From Candidatus Moraniibacteriota bacterium (GTDB lineage Bacteria; Patescibacteriota; Minisyncoccia; Moranbacterales; UBA1568), in NCBI GenBank assembly GCA_016182385.1, contig JACPGV010000007.1:12147-76146 (forward strand): DNA of 64,000 nt, written 5' to 3'. A model generated the notes under the pieces. The model made no database searches, was not told where the DNA came from, and was given only the letters and a program-made list of their open reading frames with translations. Shown here one piece after another: positions 50,537 through 60,365 of the stretch. The position numbers and the translations under genes were made by a program. Numbering within the stretch: position 1 is the stretch's first letter; each line of letters begins with the position of its first letter.

Positions 50537-50830
50537 TTACAAATATTTATTCAAAATATCCTCCAATTTCTCGACATCACGCCGATCAATACCGTCATGA
50601 GGATTGTCACGAAAACTTTTCAAAACAGCATCCACTTCCGATCTGCTGATACCGTTAAAGTTTTTCCCCAAATCCCGATCCATACTCAATTCCAAAATCT
50701 GCACGATCCGTTCACCCTTTGTTCTTCCGAACGCGTCAATAAGCTCATGCCGCGCGCTCTTAAATTCTCTTCCAGAAATATCGCCATCATGAGAAGCTGT
50801 TTTTCCTCCTGATATACCAAAAAATCCCAT
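50537..50830 (-). CDS. hypothetical small protein
   Basis: ORF between the YgjP-like gene and the C39-like gene. No motif recognised. Confidence 0.3.
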   Translation of the reverse strand: MGFFGISGGKTASHDGDISGREFKSARHELIDAFGRTKGERIVQILELSMDRDLGKNFNGISRSEVDAVLKSFRDNPHDGIDRRDVEKLEDILNKYL

Positions 50831-50841
50831 ACTTTTATTGA

Positions 50842-51681
50842 TTACTTCTTTACCTTTTCCAGTATAGCATCTTTTTCCTCATTCGGCGCGATCGTCATCA
50901 TCGCTTTTCGTATCTTTTTGGAAGGTACATGATCACCCGTCGGATAATCCTGAAGCGCCCCATAAAAAACATCTTCATCGTACCGATAGCCTTTACCATT
51001 TTTTGTTCCCGGATCATTGGTAATAAATTGTTTTTTCTTGGTATCGTACCCGATTACGACAAGCATATGTGTTATGGGCCCCGGACGGGTAAAATTCGGA
51101 TTTTTCAACTTTTGTCCATGAGCCGGTACGATGACGAGCTTGCCCTCTCCGAGCGCCCGACGAATATCCCCAAGCTCTATATCATAATGCAACTTAGTTG
51201 CATTATATCCATAATACTCATTGAAAATTCTCTCCGTATCGGCTACCGACGTATCAATAGCGTGCCCAAATTTCTTTTCCGTGAACTTCGCAAGAGACAC
51301 AATTTCTTTCTTCGCGACATCTCCGGTAAGAGCTTCTCTCGTAAGCCAAAACCGCACCATCGTAAGTGACGCCTCCTCACAACCATCTTGAAACATTGGA
51401 TTACTCCATTCACCAAACGGTGCCTGTGACGTAAACGGAACATCTTCCAAAAGAACATCTTTGGGAAGCGATTCTTTTGTTTCCCTCGCAGGTATCTCCT
51501 CGGGAATCACTTGTGACACCTCTTCAGACAGTGCTTCCGACAAAAGCGATTCCTGTCTGACTTCAATTCTTTCTTGATTATCAGAAAAAATATTTTCCGA
51601 TGGAAAGTTTTCATAAAAAAAATATGCTCCCCCGCCCAGAATGATCAAGAAAAGAAAAAAATGTATTTTTCGCATAGTCAT
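50842..51681 (-). CDS. secreted C39-like peptidase-domain protein
   Basis: Signal anchor, then VPFTSQAPFGEWSNPMFQDGCEEASLTM, a C39_2-like papain-fold Cys region. Confidence 0.5.
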   Translation of the reverse strand: MTMRKIHFFLFLIILGGGAYFFYENFPSENIFSDNQERIEVRQESLLSEALSEEVSQVIPEEIPARETKESLPKDVLLEDVPFTSQAPFGEWSNPMFQDGCEEASLTMVRFWLTREALTGDVAKKEIVSLAKFTEKKFGHAIDTSVADTERIFNEYYGYNATKLHYDIELGDIRRALGEGKLVIVPAHGQKLKNPNFTRPGPITHMLVVIGYDTKKKQFITNDPGTKNGKGYRYDEDVFYGALQDYPTGDHVPSKKIRKAMMTIAPNEEKDAILEKVKK

Positions 51682-51778
51682 GCCTTGTCACAAAAAGCAG
51701 AATACTTAAACAAAATTTTTCAAAAGCATTTCTCTATATCCCCAAACACCACTCAAAAAACTCCCACGCTCTCAAAAA

Positions 51779-51810
51779 CCACGGCCGTGGTTTTTGAGAG
51801 CAAGAAAAAA
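51779..51810. repeat. 32-bp perfect palindrome CTCTCAAAAACCACGGCCGTGGTTTTTGAGAG (copy 2); likely a bidirectional terminator
   Basis: Exactly self-complementary. Shares its core with 33605-33625. Confidence 0.55.
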
Positions 51811-51886
51811 TGCCTACTCTAGAGATACCATTTTTTTATTTAATGCAGTATACCATGAAAAATACCCTCTTTATTTCCCAGTAACA

Positions 51887-51921
51887 TTAAAAAAGCCCCG
51901 CTTACTTACGTAGCAGGGCTT
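51887..51921 (-). terminator. intrinsic terminator downstream of nrdG
   Basis: gccccgc...gcagggc hairpin followed by a T-run on the minus strand. Confidence 0.45.
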
Positions 51922-52125
51922 CAACTTTCAACACAACACCTCCGGCAATGACGATCGGCTTTCCCTCCGTCATCAAAAACGAGACCAAGAGATCATCTTT
52001 CTTGATTTCACAGGTAAAGTGTTCGACAACGTACAAAAACTTCTGCACCGGGATTTCTCGTCGTAAATTTCTCTACTCCGGATACGTTCCACCGAGATTG
52101 ACTTGGCCAATATGCTTTAACATCC

Positions 52126-52833
52126 CTATTCTTCCCGGATGTTGACTTCATCAACGCTATCGGAGAAGAGCGTGGCGATATCTCGCATCTCTTCCGGCGA
52201 AAAAGCATGATAATCCTTAAATGAGGGATGAAGAGTGACCCCGTTGCGAAAAGTCTGAAGATACAAACGCTTGGCACCCTGCGTCATCTCTCGCATTGCA
52301 TCGAGAATTTCAGGTGTATGCACTTCCCTGATAAGGGTCGAGCGGAATTCATAATCAACTCGCCCCTCTTTTAAAATATCGATACTCTCCCGAAGTTTCA
52401 TCTCATCTGCCCACTTCCCAACAAGTGCCTGATATGCCGGCAAACTCGTCTTCACGTCCATAGCGATATAATCAACAAGACCTTTATCAATAAGCGCGCG
52501 AAGCACTTCCGGCTTGTTGCCATTAGAATCAAGTTTTACCGCGAATCCGAGATGACGTACATCCATAATAAATGACTCGAGATCAGGCATAATAGTCGGC
52601 TCACCGCCGGTAATCACCACGCCGTCGAGTAAACCTTTTCGTTTTTGTAAAAAATGAAGCGCCGCTTCTTTGGGGATAAAGCTTTTGGAAAGTCTGGCGA
52701 GCTCTTCCGGCAAAACGAATTCTGGATTATGACAAAATCCACAACGATAATTACAACCACCCGTAAAAATAATACAAGAAATCTTTCCCGGAAAATCAAT
52801 CAAAGTAAATTTTTGGATGCCGCTAATGATCAT
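52126..52833 (-). CDS. nrdG: anaerobic ribonucleotide reductase activating protein (radical SAM)
   Basis: FTGGCNYRCGFCHNPE CxxxCxxC motif. Confidence 0.9.
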   Translation of the reverse strand: MIISGIQKFTLIDFPGKISCIIFTGGCNYRCGFCHNPEFVLPEELARLSKSFIPKEAALHFLQKRKGLLDGVVITGGEPTIMPDLESFIMDVRHLGFAVKLDSNGNKPEVLRALIDKGLVDYIAMDVKTSLPAYQALVGKWADEMKLRESIDILKEGRVDYEFRSTLIREVHTPEILDAMREMTQGAKRLYLQTFRNGVTLHPSFKDYHAFSPEEMRDIATLFSDSVDEVNIREE

Positions 52834-53075
52834 ATCAACAATAAAATCAATCCCCTAAAAGGTCGAGGGACTTTTTAAAAAAACTTCCAGCAAGAGAGGT
52901 GTCTTTCCGAAAAACTCTGGGGACCAAACAAACCGATTCTGTTCCATAAAGAATGGAGGCGAAGACAAAACATACTGAGTCTCTCTCGCTTGGACAAACA
53001 AGCAACACAAGAAAAAATTGTTTATCAAACAGGAAGGGGACAACAAAAAAATCCCAAAAAAAACTTACACCTCAC

Positions 53076-53282
53076 CTAGCATGCAACACATTCGTACTTT
53101 TGACAAAACTCGTTGTTCGCGGCGACCGTTTCGGTAAAATGTTTCCGCGAATAATGCTCCGCCTTTTTCCCAATATTGAAATGCGATACCGGACGATGGT
53201 ATCCCATAACGCGCGTCCACACTTCGCAACGTGTTCGTTTGGCATTTACATCCTCCCCTTCTTTCATAATGTTTTCCGACAT
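53076..53282 (-). CDS. NrdD C-terminal glycyl-radical domain, encoded out of frame downstream of nrdD
   Basis: RTRCEVWTRVMGYHRPVSHFNIGKKAEHYSRKHF matches the class III RNR glycyl-radical signature (E. coli TRRVCGYLGSPDARPFNAGKQEEVKRRVKH). Confidence 0.55.
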   Translation of the reverse strand: MSENIMKEGEDVNAKRTRCEVWTRVMGYHRPVSHFNIGKKAEHYSRKHFTETVAANNEFCQKYECVAC

Positions 53283-53322
53283 AGGTATATGTTGGTTAGG
53301 TTGATTATTTTTTATTGAATAA

Positions 53323-55440
53323 TTATTTTGCCGCTTCGGCACTCTGATACTTCTCATGCAACGCCTGATCATATCGCTCACCGTTTTCAATGCCCAATTC
53401 CTGATCACACTTGGGACAATAATCATGTTCTCCTTCGAGATACCCGTGTTTGGGACAAATGGAGAACGTCGGTGTGATCGTGATATACGGCAAACGGAAA
53501 CGAGAAAGAATGCTCCGTACCAATTTACGGCAAGCCTCTCCCGAACTCACTCGTTCGTTCATGTAGCAATGAAGTACTGTTCCACCGGTATACTTCGTCT
53601 GAAGGCTATCCTGTAATTCAAGCACTTCAAAAACATCATCCGTATACCCGACCGGAATCTGTGAGGAATTGGTATAGTACGGCGCTTCTTCGGTGCCCGC
53701 CTGCAAAATACCCTGAAACCGCTTGCGATCTTCTTTGGCAAAACGATAGGTTGTTCCTTCGGCTGGTGTTGCCTCAAGATTGTAAAAATTTCCAGTCTCT
53801 TCTTGATAATCTTTAATTTTCTCACGCATAAAATCAAGCAACTCCTCAGCAAACTTATGTCCTTCAGCGGTCGTGATGTTCTCCTTATCGTTGGTAAAGT
53901 TACGAATAGCCTCGTTGATGCCGTTTATACCAATCGTTGAAAAATGATTCTTAAGATAACCAAGGTAACGCTTCGTGTAAGGGAAAAGTCCCCGATCGAT
54001 CCACTTCTGTATTTCTTGACGCTTAATTTCAAGCGATGTTTTGGCGAGTTCCATCAAATATTCAACACGCTTCATGAATTTTTCCTTATCGCCTTTGCAG
54101 AGGTAGCCAATACGCGCCGCATTGATGGTCACTACACCGATCGAGCCGGTCATCTCCGCTGAACCAAACAATCCGCCGCCACGTTTCCGCAGTTCACGCA
54201 AATCAAGCTGAAGTCTGCAGCACATCGAACGCACGTCGCCGGGATTGAGATCAGAATTAACAAAGTTCTGAAAATATGGTGTGCCATATTTCGCTGTCAT
54301 TTCAAAAAGCGGTAAGTTTTTCGGATCCTCCCAATCAAAATCCTTGGTCACATTGTACGTCGGTATCGGAAAAGTAAAGGTGCGTCCCTTGGCGTCGCCT
54401 TTGGACATCACTTTGATAAAAGCGCTGTTAATAATATCCATCTCGTGTTGAAGCTCACCAAACGTGTACTGAAATGGCTCACCACCGAGAAGGAGACGTT
54501 TCTCACTCATATCCTTCGGACAATCCCAATCAAGCGTGACGTTGGTAAAGGGTGTTTGTGTCCCCCAACGTGACGGAATATTCAGATTGAAAACGAATGA
54601 TTGAACGTTCTGATAAACGTATTCGGAAACCTGCTCGGCGACATATGCCTCTTTTTCCTTTTCTGATGGAAAACGCATTTTATATTTCTCAATATCTGCA
54701 CGCAGTTCCAATTCATACTTCTTCACGAACGGAGCCATATAGGTATCAAAGCTTGAGAACGCTTGCGCACCAGCCCATTCATTTTGTAGCGTACCAAGAA
54801 AATTGACCATCATTGCCACCGCCGAAGAAAGATGTTTGGGCGGAGCGGATTCGATTTTATTTGGTACACCGTTAAATCCTTCTTCAAGGAGCACGCGCAA
54901 ACTCCAACCGGCACAATAACCGGAAAACATATCAAGATCATGAATGTGATAATCACCGTTACGGTGAGCATCACCCACATTCTTGGGATAAATATGAGAG
55001 AGCCAATAATTAGCAATAACACTCCCCGCCGTATTCAAAATCATTCCACCCAAAGAATATCCCTGATTGGAATTGGCATTAACGCGCCAATCAAGTTTTT
55101 CCAAATATTCCGTTACCGTTTTTTGCACTTGCACGACGACGTTTTTCTCTTCGCGTACCTCCCGACGTTTTTCACGATACAAAATATACGCCTTTGCTGT
55201 TTCAGTATATCCATATCTCATGAGAACGTCTTCCACTACATCCTGCACTTCTTCAACTGTCGGGATTTTATCTTCAAATTTTTCTTCCAACCCCGCGTAA
55301 ACGTCCTGTGCAAGAATATAAGAAGTAATATCATCTTTCTTCTCTGTTGCTTCCGCTGCCTTCTCAATAGCCAGCTCAATTTTTTTCAGATCAAAATCAA
55401 CGATACTTCCATTACGCTTCTGGATCTTATATACCGGCAT
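53323..55440 (-). CDS. nrdD: anaerobic ribonucleoside-triphosphate reductase; the ORF ends after the zinc ribbon and lacks the Gly-radical motif
   Basis: ATP-cone N-terminus, class III RNR core, C-terminal CxxH...CxxC ribbon, then a stop. Confidence 0.9.
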   Translation of the reverse strand: MPVYKIQKRNGSIVDFDLKKIELAIEKAAEATEKKDDITSYILAQDVYAGLEEKFEDKIPTVEEVQDVVEDVLMRYGYTETAKAYILYREKRREVREEKNVVVQVQKTVTEYLEKLDWRVNANSNQGYSLGGMILNTAGSVIANYWLSHIYPKNVGDAHRNGDYHIHDLDMFSGYCAGWSLRVLLEEGFNGVPNKIESAPPKHLSSAVAMMVNFLGTLQNEWAGAQAFSSFDTYMAPFVKKYELELRADIEKYKMRFPSEKEKEAYVAEQVSEYVYQNVQSFVFNLNIPSRWGTQTPFTNVTLDWDCPKDMSEKRLLLGGEPFQYTFGELQHEMDIINSAFIKVMSKGDAKGRTFTFPIPTYNVTKDFDWEDPKNLPLFEMTAKYGTPYFQNFVNSDLNPGDVRSMCCRLQLDLRELRKRGGGLFGSAEMTGSIGVVTINAARIGYLCKGDKEKFMKRVEYLMELAKTSLEIKRQEIQKWIDRGLFPYTKRYLGYLKNHFSTIGINGINEAIRNFTNDKENITTAEGHKFAEELLDFMREKIKDYQEETGNFYNLEATPAEGTTYRFAKEDRKRFQGILQAGTEEAPYYTNSSQIPVGYTDDVFEVLELQDSLQTKYTGGTVLHCYMNERVSSGEACRKLVRSILSRFRLPYITITPTFSICPKHGYLEGEHDYCPKCDQELGIENGERYDQALHEKYQSAEAAK

Positions 55441-55590
55441 ATCTCTTTGTTTTATTTACGAATTATCATCGTCTGATCGCTCACCAGAGAAGAAAAAGCG
55501 GCTCCATTCAAAGCCCCCTTCACTTCTTCTTTTTCGTTTCCCATGAAACAAAATATTTTTTGAGTACAAGTGTTACATTTCTCTGACAAC

Positions 55591-55606
55591 ACACTACATA
55601 TAGTGT
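55591..55606. promoter_or_regulatory. NrdR-box-like 16-bp palindrome ACACTACATATAGTGT
   Basis: Matches 15 of 16 positions of the acaCwAtATaTwGtgt consensus. Lies about 150 nt upstream of nrdD. Confidence 0.35.
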
Positions 55607-55816
55607 ATTATTCACTTTTCTTGCGAAAAACGCAATCCCCTCGCTCAGTCTTTTCTCAAGTAAATAATACCATATCAATAAAAAAAGAAGCAACTGTTTT
55701 TTACGTGCCTCAACAAAAGGATTTTTGACCGATACCACAAAGTTATCCACATACCAAAAAAACACTCTCCCTATCACGATCACCACAAAAAACGGTCTGC
55801 CGAACACCTTTCGTCG

Positions 55817-56332
55817 TCATACATGTTTCTTTTCTTTTTCTTCCCGTCCTCTTTTTCTGATAAAAAATGAACCATACAAGACGATGAGTAGAATGACGTT
55901 AGAAACAAAAATAAACGGATTGTTCCACGGAATACCGTACACAACAAAATCAGAAAGTGGCCACAAAAATGGCGTAGGAAAAAAACTCGCATGAGTAGGA
56001 ATATCCAAAAGAATATGAAATCCCCATGCGACAAGAGGAAAAAAGGGCTTGCCCCGTATCAACCAAATGAGCAAAAACACACCAAGAAAAATGACGAGAC
56101 TGTGTGTGTAATCATACAACGTATAAACAAAGAGTGGGATTTGTGAAGCGTCGGGATGCTGGCCAGAACGCCAATCAGGATGATCAAAAAACCCAAACCA
56201 AACACCGAGGAGAAAAAAACCAAAAGACAAAAGATCGGGCGCAACGCCAAACAGAAACGCCATGAAAAAATCGCGACGACTTCGACGACCAAAAATGCCT
56301 GATCCCCACAACCCATGCGAAACGATATCCAT
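55817..56332 (-). CDS. DUF457/YdjM-like membrane-bound metal-dependent hydrolase
   Basis: MDIVSHGLWG N-terminus and multiple TM helices with His residues. Confidence 0.5.
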   Translation of the reverse strand: MDIVSHGLWGSGIFGRRSRRDFFMAFLFGVAPDLLSFGFFLLGVWFGFFDHPDWRSGQHPDASQIPLFVYTLYDYTHSLVIFLGVFLLIWLIRGKPFFPLVAWGFHILLDIPTHASFFPTPFLWPLSDFVVYGIPWNNPFIFVSNVILLIVLYGSFFIRKRGREEKEKKHV

Positions 56333-56350
56333 ACAGAATACTATGCTCAA

Positions 56351-56896
56351 TTATTCTACAATGAGCGTTCCTTGCATCTCACCGTGCCCTTCACCGCAAT
56401 AGACCGCGCAGAAAGACCTAAACGTCCCTTTCTTGCTTGCGACAAATTCCACGACAGCTCCTTCAGGGGGAATATCTTCATTAATGCCAAGATCCGGAAT
56501 GACAATACCATGCTTCACGTCAGCGTTGTGAATCACAAGACGGACAAGCTCGCCCTGCTTCACGCGTAAGACGGCGGGATCCCAAGCATACTGCCGCACC
56601 CCCATATGAATGGTGCGTTCAATCCGGTTGTTCACTTCTTCCACGCTTATTCGCGGATAAGCCCCGGTACCCTGAGAATCCTCGAGACCGTTATTTTCGA
56701 TGACGACTGGTATTTCTTCCAATCTCTTTGTTTCTTTCGATATTATTTGCGATTCCACAACAATCCGCTCTGTCGCCTGCTCCTTATCCGTGGACGAACC
56801 ACTCGTGGGTTTGTCCTGCGCGGTCCGATACACCCACCACGAAATCCCCTCCATAAAGACAAACAGCGTAATAATGAATGCGATAATTTTTTTCAT
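56351..56896 (-). CDS. cupredoxin-domain (plastocyanin-like) copper-binding protein
   Basis: Signal anchor. C-terminal CAVYCGEGHGEMQGTLIV carries Cys/His/Met copper ligands. Confidence 0.6.
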   Translation of the reverse strand: MKKIIAFIITLFVFMEGISWWVYRTAQDKPTSGSSTDKEQATERIVVESQIISKETKRLEEIPVVIENNGLEDSQGTGAYPRISVEEVNNRIERTIHMGVRQYAWDPAVLRVKQGELVRLVIHNADVKHGIVIPDLGINEDIPPEGAVVEFVASKKGTFRSFCAVYCGEGHGEMQGTLIVE

Positions 56897-56921
56897 GGCG
56901 TTTTTTTTCTACAACATCTAT

Positions 56922-59900
56922 CTACGGCGTTCCTCCGACTTTGGATGACCAGAAACTGATGCCATTTGGTTGTTTGCCGACCGTGATGCGAGCAATCTCT
57001 CGATCTTCCCTCGTATCAACCACGGAAACATCCCCACCTAAAAGATTCGTCACATATGCGAATCGTCCATCCGGAGAAACAACGATTCCATGTGCCGCCT
57101 CTCCCACCGGAATGGTTTGTACGACTTCTTTTCCAACGATATCGATCTTATAGAGCATCTTTCCTACCGGCTGGTCAAAATAATATCCTTGATCCGCCAC
57201 ATAGAGAAAGCGACTGTCCGGCGTGGGATAAAGCTGTACCGGCCCCCTCGCTTCTTTTGAAAGAGAAATCTCCTGGATCTTCTGCGTATCTCGCTCCATC
57301 AGAATGATACTTTTTCTATCATAGAGAGAAGCGGCTACCCATTTCCCATCCGGCGTCACTGCTGCTTGAACGCCTTTGCCCTCGCTCACAACTTTTTGGA
57401 TTGTGCCACTAGCAATGTCGAGCGACCAAAAACCGCCTCCGATAAAAGCAATATAGGCTGTCTGATCATCGATTGAAAGTCGCAAACCGTGCGGGCTGCT
57501 TCCTTTCGGCAATGTGATCTCACGCAAAACCTTGAAACTCTTCGCGTCTATCTCATAGACCAAATCGGATGCTTGGGCCGCAACATACGCCCGCTCTCCA
57601 AAACGGCTCATCACGACATGAGCGAGATGCGATTCTGACGCCAAAGAAATACGCTTCATCACCGTATCCGTTTTCGGATCAATAACGATAACTTGATCTT
57701 TTTCACTCATTTCTCCTTTCATGGTATCCGCACGCACTACGGAAATGATACGGCGGAAAATACTCACCTTCTCATCTTTCATAGCGACATTGGCGGTCAC
57801 CCACACGCTTTGCCCGTCCGGAGCGACTTGGATATTATGGGCAGAAAATGAAATTTCTTCATTTCCCATCCGGCGCGTCAAATCGATTTCTCGAATCATT
57901 TTTTTTGTTTCCGGATCAAGCACGACTACCGTACTTTCTCCTTCAAGCGCCACGTACACCTTGTTCTCTATCTGTCCAGCATATGAAGCTGCGTCCTGTA
58001 TATTTTCATCATTCATGGCTATACTGCTCCATCTTGCAAATTGAAAAAACAACAATGAGAAAATAACTACCAGAATCATCGGTGTCATAAGAGACAACCA
58101 GTTTTTCTTTCCCGGACGAAAAAAACGAAGAAACAAAGAATTCGTCACGACCGATACCGACGAAAGTGCCATAGCAAGACCGGCAAGTTCCGGCTTCAAC
58201 ACGAGACCGACATCCGCGAACAATCGTGCGGCGATCGGAATTCCCATCACGTTATACAAAAGCGCGAAAAAGAAATTCTGTTTTATTTTTTGCATCGTCT
58301 CTCGGGAAAGCTCAAACGCTGTCACAACATCGCGCAAATCATTTTTCATAAGAACGATGCCACCAGTCTCCATTGCCACGTCCGTCCCCGCTCCCATCGC
58401 AATACCAAGATCTGCCTGTGCAAGAGCCGGCGCGTCATTGATACCATCGCCGACCATGGCTACTTTTTTTCCGTGAGATTGCAATTCCTTAACCTTAGCG
58501 GATTTTTCTTCCGGGAGCACTCCCGCCAATACGTTCTTGATACCAACCGTTTCCGCAATGGCACGCGCCGTCCGCTCATTGTCGCCCGTAATCATCCATA
58601 CGTTAAGACCAAGCTTTCCGAGTTTTGCCACCGCCTCTTTCGATGTTTCCTTGACGGTATCCGCAACCGCGATTCCGCCAACAGCCCCTTCCGGTGTCGC
58701 CAGGATCATCACGGTCTTGCCTTGTTTTTCCAACTCAAAAATTTTCTCATTCATCTGATGAGGCAATACACCGCTATCGCTCACCAGCTTATAATTCCCA
58801 AAACAATATTCTTTTCCATCTATCTCTCCTCGTACACCACGTCCCGGAATCGCTCGAAAACTCCTCACCTCAAAAAGTTTTAATTTTTTTTCATTCGCAC
58901 GAGCATAAATCGCTTCCGCAAGTGGATGCTCAGAAAGCTTCTCAAGACTTGCAGCAATCGAAAGAATATCATCCTCCGTCATGTCGCAAAAAGAAAAAGT
59001 GTCCGTTACTTCCGGCTTTCCCCGAGTAATAGTTCCTGTCTTGTCAAAAATAATCGTCGTAATCTTTCTCGTCATTTCGAGCGGCTCGCCACCTTTGATA
59101 AGAATACCGTTCTCCGCGCCCTTGCCGGTACCTACCATAAGCGCCGTCGGCGTCGCTAATCCCAAAGCACACGGACACGCGATCACGATCACCGCAGTAA
59201 AAGCCATCAGGGCAAATGATAGATCCGCTCCGAGCAACACGTACCACACACCAAAAGTCAAAAACGCGATACCGATAACGGTCGGCACAAACCACGCGGA
59301 AACTCGATCAGCAAAATCCTGAATCGGCGCTTTGGACCCCTGGGCTTCTTCGATAAGTCGTATAATATTGGCAAGCACTGTCTCACTCCCCACGCGCGTC
59401 GCCTCACACTCAAAGCTGCCGGCCTTGTTCATCGTTCCGCCAATCACGGAGTCACCAACATTTTTTTCCACTGGCAAACTTTCACCGGTAACCATCGATT
59501 CATCAACAGCCGAGACACCACTTCTTATTTTTCCATCAACAGGAATTCTTTCTCCCGGGCGCACGACTACGATATCGCCATGCACCACTTCTCCTATCGG
59601 AACATCTTCTGTCGCGCCCCCGCGCACCACCCGAGCCGTCTTTACCGTAAAATCCATTAATTTTCTCACCGCCTCTGATGTTTTGTTCTTCGTTCTTGTT
59701 TCAAGCCATTTTCCAAGCACTACAAATGTGATCAAAAACGCGGCTGTTTCAAAATACAATTCTGGAATTTTTTCCCCGGCAAGACCGATAAAAGAATCAT
59801 TCTCCCATACATATCGCCCATAATTCGTCACGCTGTACAAAAACGCCGTTGTTGTTCCTAAAGCGATAAGACTATCCATATTAAACATCTTCATCCGAAG

Positions 59901-60347
59901 CGATGACCACGCACCACGATAAAATCCCGCACCGATCCAAAATTGCACCGGGAGAGTAAGAAAAAGCGATACGACCCCGACATACGGCAACAACGTGTCT
60001 TTGCCAAAAACTTGAAAAAAATCAAAGAGCATAAAATAAAACATCGGCATCGAGAATACCAGTCCCCAGATAAATTTCCGCCGATATGTGCCGACCACAA
60101 GCTCTTGTTTCTTTTTTTCATATTCCGTATCTTCAGAATTGATTTCTTCCGCCTCGTATCCGGCCGCCCGTACCGTCTGTTTCAAGACGGCAACAGTGGT
60201 TTGATTATCATCAAACAGCACGGTGACTTTTTCGGTAGCGAAGTTCACGTTTGCCGATTCCACACCGCGTACCTTCTTGAGTGCCCGCTCAATGATGCTC
60301 GCGCATGAAGCACAATGCATCCCCGAAAGAGAAAGTTGCTTTTTCAT
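56922..60347 (-). CDS. copA: copper-translocating P1B-type ATPase fused to a C-terminal YVTN beta-propeller domain
   Basis: HMA domain (GMHCASCA), CPC motif, DKTGTIT and GDGINDAP. After an extra TM helix there are about 390 aa of YVTN repeats ([15 protein letters not shown]). Confidence 0.9.
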   Translation of the reverse strand: MKKQLSLSGMHCASCASIIERALKKVRGVESANVNFATEKVTVLFDDNQTTVAVLKQTVRAAGYEAEEINSEDTEYEKKKQELVVGTYRRKFIWGLVFSMPMFYFMLFDFFQVFGKDTLLPYVGVVSLFLTLPVQFWIGAGFYRGAWSSLRMKMFNMDSLIALGTTTAFLYSVTNYGRYVWENDSFIGLAGEKIPELYFETAAFLITFVVLGKWLETRTKNKTSEAVRKLMDFTVKTARVVRGGATEDVPIGEVVHGDIVVVRPGERIPVDGKIRSGVSAVDESMVTGESLPVEKNVGDSVIGGTMNKAGSFECEATRVGSETVLANIIRLIEEAQGSKAPIQDFADRVSAWFVPTVIGIAFLTFGVWYVLLGADLSFALMAFTAVIVIACPCALGLATPTALMVGTGKGAENGILIKGGEPLEMTRKITTIIFDKTGTITRGKPEVTDTFSFCDMTEDDILSIAASLEKLSEHPLAEAIYARANEKKLKLFEVRSFRAIPGRGVRGEIDGKEYCFGNYKLVSDSGVLPHQMNEKIFELEKQGKTVMILATPEGAVGGIAVADTVKETSKEAVAKLGKLGLNVWMITGDNERTARAIAETVGIKNVLAGVLPEEKSAKVKELQSHGKKVAMVGDGINDAPALAQADLGIAMGAGTDVAMETGGIVLMKNDLRDVVTAFELSRETMQKIKQNFFFALLYNVMGIPIAARLFADVGLVLKPELAGLAMALSSVSVVTNSLFLRFFRPGKKNWLSLMTPMILVVIFSLLFFQFARWSSIAMNDENIQDAASYAGQIENKVYVALEGESTVVVLDPETKKMIREIDLTRRMGNEEISFSAHNIQVAPDGQSVWVTANVAMKDEKVSIFRRIISVVRADTMKGEMSEKDQVIVIDPKTDTVMKRISLASESHLAHVVMSRFGERAYVAAQASDLVYEIDAKSFKVLREITLPKGSSPHGLRLSIDDQTAYIAFIGGGFWSLDIASGTIQKVVSEGKGVQAAVTPDGKWVAASLYDRKSIILMERDTQKIQEISLSKEARGPVQLYPTPDSRFLYVADQGYYFDQPVGKMLYKIDIVGKEVVQTIPVGEAAHGIVVSPDGRFAYVTNLLGGDVSVVDTREDREIARITVGKQPNGISFWSSKVGGTP

Positions 60348-60365
60348 ATATTTTCAAATTACCTA

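Noticed and set aside
53262-53328. T4 gene-60-style translational bypass joining nrdD to its glycyl-radical domain
   Set aside because: Matching AAA take-off and landing codons exist, but this is pure speculation. A sequencing indel or a split gene is more parsimonious.
55520-55807. 95-aa minus-strand ORF upstream of nrdD
   Set aside because: It is AT-rich intergenic sequence with homopolymer runs and no ribosome-binding site. It is more likely a regulatory region.
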